A stretch of 64,000 nt of DNA from Lama glama (lineage: Eukaryota). Position numbers and translations under genes: made by a program. The DNA is taken from contig CM052817.1 of NCBI GenBank assembly GCA_028534125.1, positions 60,452,001-60,516,000 on the forward strand, read 5' to 3'. This document shows, piece by piece, positions 54,651 to 64,000 of the stretch. A model generated the notes under the pieces. The model had not been told where the DNA came from, searched no databases, and saw nothing but the letters and a program-made list of their open reading frames with translations. Every line of letters begins with the position of its first letter. The first letter of the stretch is position 1.

Positions 54651-56717
54651 GGCTCAAGTCTATAAAGTATGTTGGAAAGCTGGAACTTGAAACCAGTCTG
54701 TCTCCAAGTTTGCCAAAGCATCATTCAGTGAAGCAGTTGTAGAAAATTGGAATTTGGGGAAATCTGGATCTAATCTTGCCTCATATTACTACCAGGCTAT
54801 ACAGTTTTGAATTCGTATTTTCACTGCTCTGGGTGAAATAAATAGTTAATATCTGAAGTTCCTTTTTGCTTTAAATTCCTCATTCTTCATCCTCAAAATG
54901 TTGGGCCTCAAAATACAAAGAAAGTTGGGAATCGTATAATCTTTCTCCTATATGGAAAATTTATGATTCACTTCTTTTTGTAATATTATAAAATAATAAT
55001 AATTACCAACCTTCTAGAAAATTACCAAAATTCATTCTCTGAAACAGGAGTGTTAAACAGCATATGAACAAAACTAATCTCATCTTCCCTAGGCTTACCA
55101 TGCAATTCAAATATAATGATGGAACAAAATATATTCTTGCATTTCCGTTCATTGTTGAGTGGTGGCATGGAGAAACAAGAAGGAAAATGAGTCAAGTGTT
55201 TATCACATTATTCTTCAGTATGAGATCTTGAGACTGATTCTACTACTTGGGCTAGGCCACAAAGCTTGAGCTGTTCTAGAAAGGAGAAAATGGATGTTTC
55301 CTATGAGGTTTCTTTGCTTTAAGGAATTGTGGCAGCAAAATACCAGCTTTTGCGTAGGTCTCCTCTGAGGTAGCAGAGACAGCTACCGGAACCAAAGCGG
55401 CAACACTTTGGAGCAGTCCCTTAGGTCTGTCTACAGCCTCCTGCCCTCTTTCATTTCACAAAACAGTTTTTAAATCTGAGCCCACAATACACAGATGAAA
55501 AAGGATGCTTTATGAAATGTTATGTTCTTTTAAATTGTATGAGTATAACCAGATATACCCCAGTCGTTGTAGCCACTGATGTCTGATGTGGCCAAAAGAA
55601 AGAAAAAAAAAAAAAAAGAAGCAGCCCCTTTCTGATAAGTGGTACTTTGTTTCTACAAAAGGATGCTTTTTCTCTGGAGACAGACACTGTTTACATGTAA
55701 TTTCAGCTCCCCAAGACTTACTCCAATTCTCTGCTGAAAATGAGTTACCAATGCCTAATATATCATAATGGTCTAGGAATTTTAAGAAAATTACAAACCC
55801 CCTAGCAGTCAGTAAAAATTGCTAAGAGTGAAACCTAGGGGTATATATTGTAATAAGTTCAAATTTTTCTAAACTTTGAGACTATCAGCTGGAGCTGGGG
55901 GTAGTTTAGAGGCAGTTAATTCTCACTGCCCCTGGAAATTGGCATACAGTCCCTGGGTGCTCAGTTAATGCTTTGGGATGGTTCACTGTGTGCATTGGAA
56001 AGAATTTATATACATCTGACTCTCCTGCCTATTGCTTACTTTTTCAAAGTAAGTAAAGCTCCACAGGTAGCTAAATAAGCAGCTTCAGATTATTTAGAAA
56101 ACACTGGACTGGGATTTTAGTTACCACTCACCTTCACTGTGCTTTCAGAGAACAGATAAACTCCAGTGGGTTCACAGAATTCATGAACATTTCAAAATTT
56201 AATCTCAGGTAGTACTTTGTAAACTGGAAGGACCTATCTCGACCTCTATAATATTTCATGTCATAGAAGGGTATTAATGGGTACACTGTGTAGTTCCCAG
56301 CATTAAACATTCTATAGTTGGGTTTTGCTGTTCATTACTTTTGTACTAACAGTCATTTTTTTCATCTCTAGTGTGATTTCCCTTTTCTTAAAAAGATGAC
56401 AAATTTTCTACCTTTTCATACTTTCTTACTGACAGTTTCTTATCTCTTTTTATTAATGTTGAGGTCTTCAATTTGTTGCCCTAATGTACTCATGTAGCAA
56501 TAGCTTGATTCATTTTTATCAGAGGGAGGAAATGAAAGTACAACAGTATTTTTTGCCCATTTAACTTCCTGTTTCTTTAAATGTGAATTGAAAATATTAG
56601 GAGACATAGGGTCAACCACTCAAGTTTTTCATCACAGTTTAAAAGAAGTGAATGCAATGAAGGGCTACATTTTTCAATCACCCCACCACATTTTTTTAAA
56701 TGGGGCAAGATCTTAGA

Positions 56718-56718
<1 letters not shown>

Positions 56719-56771
<53 letters not shown>

Positions 56772-56836
56772 TATTTATATTTATATATATGAATGTATAT
56801 GTTTATTTATATATAAATATATATTTATATATATAT
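56719..56836. repeat. (TA)24 microsatellite plus degenerate AT-rich extension
   Basis: Uninterrupted TA from 56719 to 56766, then AT-rich low-complexity sequence. Confidence 0.95.
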
Positions 56837-59800
56837 GAAAGAGAGAGGTTTTTTGCAGATTACAATAAATTTTATACACATAGTTGTGTGGTTATATACA
56901 TTATACTGAAGGCATAATGTAATTATATCTTTTATGAAGTGTGTGTATGAGTATAAGTAGTATATAAAGAACATAGTTTGTTACCCTTTAGTACATTTTT
57001 GTGTTTTGAAGAAGGTCTTGTGCCTTAAAACTAAAGGTAAATCAAACATTATAACACCTGGCCCACATAGCAGATGTTCAATAAATATTGGGTGAATGAG
57101 GAGGAGGGGAGTGGGTGGGTGATTAAATAAATAGATATCATGCACATTATGTCTTCTAACTTAACTGCAGAACAGCAAAAACAGTAAGTCAGCGACGTTT
57201 GAGATTTTTTTAAACCACAGAAACTTTTTCAGTTTCTTAATATGTCATCTGACATATACTATACCAGTGATCACAGGCAGAACTGTATAATTAAAATTAC
57301 TCTATAAAAATTGTGTATCGATTATGTAACACCTACTTCCCTAGGAAGCAAACTGTAACATAAATATTGCCCAAGTAAATTTACATGGTTGAATCATGGT
57401 ATTTTTATGTCATTGCACGAGCACTTTAAATGCCTTTAAAGATCTGCTCTCCTACAGAATATTAGAATTCTTCATGACTGAGAAATCCTATCTGTCCTGA
57501 TACTTTTCCTTTGAACAAACATGTCTAGATGTTGCTTATTATTTTACATTTTTATATAAAAAAGACAGTTTTACATGTGTAAACCTCTACCCTGTAAAGA
57601 GGAAAAATAAAACATGTACATTATAAAAGAAGAAATACCAGGAACTATATGTGTAAGTCTCAAGTCTTAACACAAAGTCGCCTCTTTTACTGGATATATT
57701 AGAAGCAATACTAAACAGTTAACATTGCAAAATTGCAGTTCTGCTCGAAACATGAATGATTATATATATTCTTTCTATATTTACTATTTTTATAAAAGAT
57801 TTTTATGTAAGGGAAGGAAATTAAGTATAAGCTCCTGATATGTCTATGACCAAATATGTCAGTTTTGGTCAGAAGTAAAGGTTTTAAAAACGTGCTTAAA
57901 TTTAGTAAAATCATCATACTCTAAATGCTAAAATATGAATTAAATTCATCCTTTTTAAACAAGCATTTGGAGTGCTGTAAAAGTCAAGAATTGACATTGA
58001 GAGTATAACTCTATATACTGCTGTAGGAAGAAGATTGCATAATTGGTAATCAAAGCAATTTGTGTTGTTCTGAGATAAAACTCTGCATACTGGATTGGAT
58101 CTACAAAGACTAAACATTTTTTCTAAATCCAGGAAAAATGATTTTTAGTCTGCCTCAATTATGTTACGTTAAGACTTTAATAGTCTTTGGATATCAATGA
58201 ACTGTGTAGGTTCTTTGGAGTAAAACTGTAATTTATGCCTAAATGTATCTAAATTTCAAATAGCAATAAATGTCAGAAGAAAAACCTTTTTTTCCCCTGC
58301 ATATTGTGAATATGACCTTGAATTTACATAAAACACTGCAATAAATTGTGACTGATGTGAAAAACAAACAAAACAGAACTATTATATAAGCAGAAGGCTT
58401 GAGTATACTATAAAAACAGACTCTGAGCACCATACAAGTTGAAGCTGTCTCTTATCAGTCAAGGTTATGGTAGTGTTGGCTTGACAATAATGAATGAGTT
58501 GCAGCACCAAGTATAATCTATCAGAAGAATGGATTAATAGGAAAGATTAGATTACGCTGATGAAATCTATACTAGGGCCTGTCTCTCAGAAGTACCAGGC
58601 AACTTAATTTTGTCCCATGTCCAAATTCGGTTCTGTTTTCAAATTCATCCTCCATTTTATAGCCTAAATCTGCATTTCAGTTTTGTGACTCTGTGCTTCT
58701 CCCTTAGTTCATGCACCCTTCCTCACCTCCTTGTCTATGCTTGTGCTGTTAACTGCACCTGGAAGTTTCCTCAGAACCCTTCCCCAGCCTCATCCTCCAA
58801 CACAGACACCTAACAAAAATCTCCCTCATTCAAGACTCATCCCAAAGACCATCTCTTCCTTGTAACTCTTCTGATCCCTTCAACCAGGAGAAGCTTTCCT
58901 ATTTTTCTTGTGTTCTGTTTCTGTGTGTTTTAATTTACAAAGGACTTTGTGCATTGGTTGTGGAATTTATCTTAATCCAACCAGTGTTGTATACAGTGAT
59001 TAGATTAGCCCCTCCCACAAGACTATGCTTTGACTTCTGAAACAAATTATTTTCCAGGTTATAATTCTTTTTCATAAAGCTCATCATTCCTCTGAAATTA
59101 AAAAGGAACTAAGTTCTATACAGTAAAAGTTTATGTAATAGAAAAATCAGTGGTTCCCTAAGACTCAACTCTAGCAGACATTTCCTTACTCTTAGGATGA
59201 GCAAAATAATGGTAGGATTATTGTGAAACTAGAATAAGAAAAAAATAAAATAAAATACCCAGCACTAGATACTTGGTAAAAATTAATTCTTTTCTCTCCA
59301 TTATATATAATCTAAGTGAGAGAAGAATAAAAAGAAGTGAACTGGTATTGTAGTTTAGATACTCAAGTAATCAATCACCTTAGAGGGAAAAAAATCACCA
59401 TGATGTTGAATAAGGCTTACGAAGATGTTGGAAAATACGAGTTATTTTTCCTGCATTGTTACTGTTCTGTTTCTGAGAGGAAAGACTCTGGAACAGAAGT
59501 ATAGGAAGGAGGCAGTATCAGGCTTTACGTGAATTACCTATGTACTTGGAGATGAACTGCAGGGCACCAAGGTGACAGTGACAGAAGAGCCCAGATGCCT
59601 CCTTTCAAGCAGGCAGGAAGTCCAAGGGAGGAAGTCTTCACAGTGCTGTCCTAAGACAAGGCAGGGGGAACCTCAAAAGCCAATTTCAAACATGACTCAG
59701 TAACTTCCAGTTGCTTCATGGCCTCTAAAAGGAGAGAATATGCCTTTGGAACATGTCATGTAGCTAGGAGTTCAGAAAAGTTACACTGAATTAAGAAGAG

Positions 59801-62800
59801 ATTAAAAGAGTTTAACTTAACTGAAAGACATTTGCTTCCTTTTATTTTGCTTCAAAAGGCATTTAAAATATTTTACTAATATATAAACATGTCATAGCAG
59901 CATATTTGCCAAATGGATGTGTCAGTTTCTTTTTTTGAATTAAAAGAGGCAAAATTCCCATAATGAAATGAATATATTCGCTATAGTCCATGATGATTAG
60001 TCTGTTATTGTAGCACCGATTTGGAAGCAAAACCCAGATGAAATTTCTTCGTTACACTAATGTCATCAATAGAAATCTGTCAGAATTACAGGCATAAAAT
60101 TTCAAAGTGTTCTGAGTAAACAATTGACACTATGAATGGATAAACTAGAGGACACTATTCTCCCCTCCTTTCTCAACTTTGCCCTCCCTAATAACTGAAC
60201 CTACATGACATAACCAAGGTTATTTAACCCTGATAAACTGTCTGCACATAATAAAATTTCTCTGAATTCATTTTTAAGATGTATGTTTTGTGTCAAGAAA
60301 TATATTTTTATATAGATTTGGTATCTCTTTCCATCATATTTTATTGGCAATGTCCTCAAATGATGTTACGCTTTTCTTCATTGAATGCCTCACATTGGAG
60401 ACAGGGATACAGGCATCATGGATGTAGTCAATGGCTTAATCTTAGCATTGTTTCCAGTACGATATTGTTAAGGCGATGTAGCATTTGGATTGATTATAAA
60501 CTTCAGAAAATTTAAAAATAATAAAAAGGTAGTCAAAATTGTTATTAGACTCAGGGATCTCCTGTGTACTTGAGCACCTCCAAATAGAGTACTTCTGTTC
60601 ACACCGAGTGTCAGCTACTTAGGGTTCAAGACTTCAGAACTTGTGCTAAATGTATGTACTGCCTGGGGGATTCTTGATGCTGTGGGTGACAGACAGGTGG
60701 TGTCCTGCCCCTTGTGCATCGCCAGCATTGCCCTTAGATGGCCACCATCTTGCAGAAGAAATGGAGTCTAACTGCCTCAGGCGCTCCATCTGCCCAAGGA
60801 GAATTTGTTAGCGTATAGTTATGAAATTCCTTATCTACATCCTTTTAATTCTATACATTAAAAATGAGACTGTCCTTTCATATATTTTGTTTGCATTGAA
60901 CTGTTAACCACATATTGGCATTTGTGTCATAGTAAAATTTTGTGTTTATAATAAAAGTTTTGACTTATTCTTATGTGGGTTTAAAGATGTTTCTTCATGT
61001 GAGGTTCCCAAATCTATTTGTTTTTTTGAATCTCCCCAGGTAGTAGTGTTTTCTATGCTTAATTTTTATGTTTTTTCCCATATTGTGTGAATAGCAGGCT
61101 TGTTAGAATAAGAAGTAGTTTTGCTTTCTTGAAATATTAGATTGATTTTTCTGTCCCTTAACTGAATCTTTCTCAGTGATCTAAGTTATTTTCTATAATT
61201 TTCTTTCAAGACAGATACAATATTTGTTTTATTAAGTGTGAAACAACATAGGTTCTTTTGCCAAAAAGGCTGTAATATAACAAAAAACCTTGTAGAAAAT
61301 GGACTACATCTATTTTTTAAATGATAAATTCATTGTATATTTATGTCAGTTATAAATGATCATTTATGATCCTTCAGTGTTTCGTGCAAAACTGTGGTAA
61401 ATTTTGTGCAAAAGAAAGAAGCTCCATCGCTAGATGACTGTCATCTTGTTTGAATGAGAACATAATGAACCTTTTGGGCTTCTATTATCGTGCTGACACA
61501 ATCAAATAAACTCATGGAAGAAAAATGTTAGCTGAAGCAAAGAAAATAGGACTAACTATTCCCCCTGTACTTTTTCTAAGTGACTGGTTTCAATGCAATT
61601 TCAAAAGAAAAGGAAAAAAAACTGGCTACCTACTACAGCCCTTGTTCTATAAAGCAGCTTATTGGAATGCATTGGAACATGTGGCAGAATCAGACATTGT
61701 TAGGTTTCCATGGAAAGAATTCTTTCAGGGATACTAGTTACCTAATAATCCCCACCCTGTAATAGGCACTTTGGCTTCCTCCAGCACATATTGGTACACA
61801 CCTATTGTAGAGATTCCTTATTTTGAGAATTTAAAAATACAAGAATTAGATTTGTTTCTATAAGGAGAACCTATACATACGTTTAGTTTCTTTTAGATAA
61901 AAATGCACATCTAATATAATAGGGGTCATGATATCAATTTACAAGTCCTCCTTGTTAAGGAACAGTCGTCATCCTTAGTCTATGTGGCTAAGCCCTATTT
62001 TCTTCTGTATACACTCCCCCACAAAAGTCAGTTTTAGACTGTCTGCTTCTTGATTCAGGGCCCTTATTGTTATTTGTGTACATGTATGAGTAACCTACAT
62101 TGATCCTAAAACATTTAAGATGGCTTAAAACAACTAAAGATAAGTGAGAAAATTGGAATAAAGCACCGGTAAGACGAGGAAAATATATGAAGCTTGGCGT
62201 GAAGTTTATCACCACTCTTTCTAGGGTCCAAGATAAGTCCAGATCAGTTATGTGGTTTCCAGAGTATGTTAAAGTGCTCAGGGACACAGTTATTCTGGGC
62301 GCTGAGAGAAAAGCATTTCTTTTTGTCATCATAAAGAACACACTATGTAAGCCGTTGACTCACTTAAAGGTTTAAAATCTAACAAAACTGCCCAATAGTT
62401 CATAAAAATGGCAGTAGCTTTGTAGTATGCTAACAATAAATTTCCTGTTAAAGTTTCTCAAGGTCGCTTACAGACTGATACTAACGTGTGGTTTCAAAGA
62501 AGCAATTCCGTGATGTGTGATTACTTGTGACTTTGTGTTTACAAGTGTGTGTGTGATAAGGTGGGGCATTTATCTCTGTAGAGATGGGATGAGGTTGAAG
62601 GATCCTCAAGGCAAAAGGACATTACAAATCCAGCTCAGTAACACATATTTCTGTGGCATAATTAGAAAAATAGTAACTATGGTATCTAGAGGACATGGAA
62701 AATCTTCGTCTTCACGTATATGTTCATATTTAATCTTTCCTGACAGGTGTCAACATCAACTGATTTATTTATTTATTTTATTTTTGTATTGTTGACTTTG

Positions 62801-62899
62801 TTCTTATATTTCTTTAACATTTTATTAACAGTCGTCTATGTATACATTTGTGTGTTATTTATTCTCTCCCTCTCTCTCACACAAACATACAAATTTACG

Positions 62900-63600
62900 C
62901 AAATGAGATCAAATAATACTTGTTTTTATTGTTGAGGTTTTCTTTGTCCTTTTTCCTTCTTCCATCCCATCAACATCCTGCCTCTCATTCTTGCCTTCCA
63001 CCTAATATATTAACAGCCTAGTGTTATTAATTCCATATTTTTGTATACTCATAATCTATATAATATGTGTATATAACATATATAACATACTATACCACAT
63101 ATCCACATATACTTTCATGTATATGCAAACACATTGCCATTCATATCTAAACATATGTATATAAAGCATTTTGGTCATTATTTATTTTACCAAGAAGGGG
63201 ATCTTACAAGACACACTTTTTCAGTATCTTGCTTTTCTCACTCAGAATTATCTCATGGAAGTCTCTATGACTCTAAGTCGCCAGGCATCTCTAATTCAGT
63301 TTTTGAAATAACTGTATAATAAAGTCATGGAGAGAATTTATCACAGTCTGTACACTCATTCCTTTATCAGTGGGCAATGACTTTATTTATAGCCTTGATT
63401 ACTTCAAAATTGCTGCAGTAAATATCATTTACCTTTAGTATTGGAATAAATTGGAATAGATTCCCCAACATGAAATTGATCAGTCAGAGATATGCATAAT
63501 TTTCATTTTAGTAGATGTTGTTAATCACATGCCTAAAGGCTATAACACTTCACATTTCCACTAAAAATGTATAGTATTACCTTTTATTCATCCAGCAAAA
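62900..63600 (-). mobile_element. Old L1M (L1MC/ME-like) 3' region
   Basis: gtatcttgcttttctcactca; aataactgtataata; ttggaatagattccc..tgaaattgatcagtcagagatatgcat; acacttcacatttccact. Confidence 0.55.
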
Positions 63601-64000
63601 ATAGCCAACTCCTGATAAGACACTACTTTGATTTTTATTTGAATTACATTAAATGTATATATTAACTTTAAAATATATTAATTGATTTTACCAAAGATTT
63701 ACTAAGTATGCTGAACAAGCTACTTACTCTACGTGCACTACTGGCAATTTGATGAATATTAGCTGGTAAAGACAATAAAATAGAAATTTAGTTAGAAACA
63801 AATATCCTAAACCACATTTGCACCTTCCCCAACTCGTTCAGTTAATTATGGAGCAGTATAGGGTGTGCCCGGCTTTATATGTATCTTTAAGTGTTGTTTC
63901 TTACTTCTAATTTTTGGTGAGATTATTTTCTATTCCTTTACTCTTTACCCTTAGCTTATTTCTGCAGATTATCTCAGGTTATATATTTGTAAGAAGTTGA

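Noticed and set aside
55585..55620. gtggccaaaagaaagaaaaaaa resembling a SINE 3' tail
   Set aside because: No upstream SINE body, A/B boxes or TSD visible.

Overview
AT-rich mammalian genomic DNA, not prokaryotic. The whole window lies inside GRID2 (glutamate receptor delta-2, GluD2) on the + strand. Three internal coding exons of the amino-terminal domain are present: 659-832, 7390-7551 and 23429-23548, which are exons 6-8 in human numbering as I recall it. All three have AG/GT boundaries and are phase 0/0. No further exon appears in the last ~40 kb. The intron between the second and third exons holds a ~3.1 kb decayed processed pseudogene of MCM4 in sense orientation. It has candidate target-site duplications, splits an old L1, and appears to derive from a transcript that skipped the ATG-containing exon. 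The rest is interspersed repeats (L1, L2, L3/CR1, MIR, MaLR/ERVL LTRs, hAT and Tigger MITEs, one young ERV1-type solo LTR), microsatellites and local tandem duplications, including a perfect 128-bp one. Cetartiodactyl-type L1 tails with no recognisable ruminant, pig or whale SINEs suggest a camelid (inference). I found no convincing previously undescribed biological system. Repeat family names come from recalled consensus sequences, and their boundaries are approximate unless TSDs or TIRs are given.
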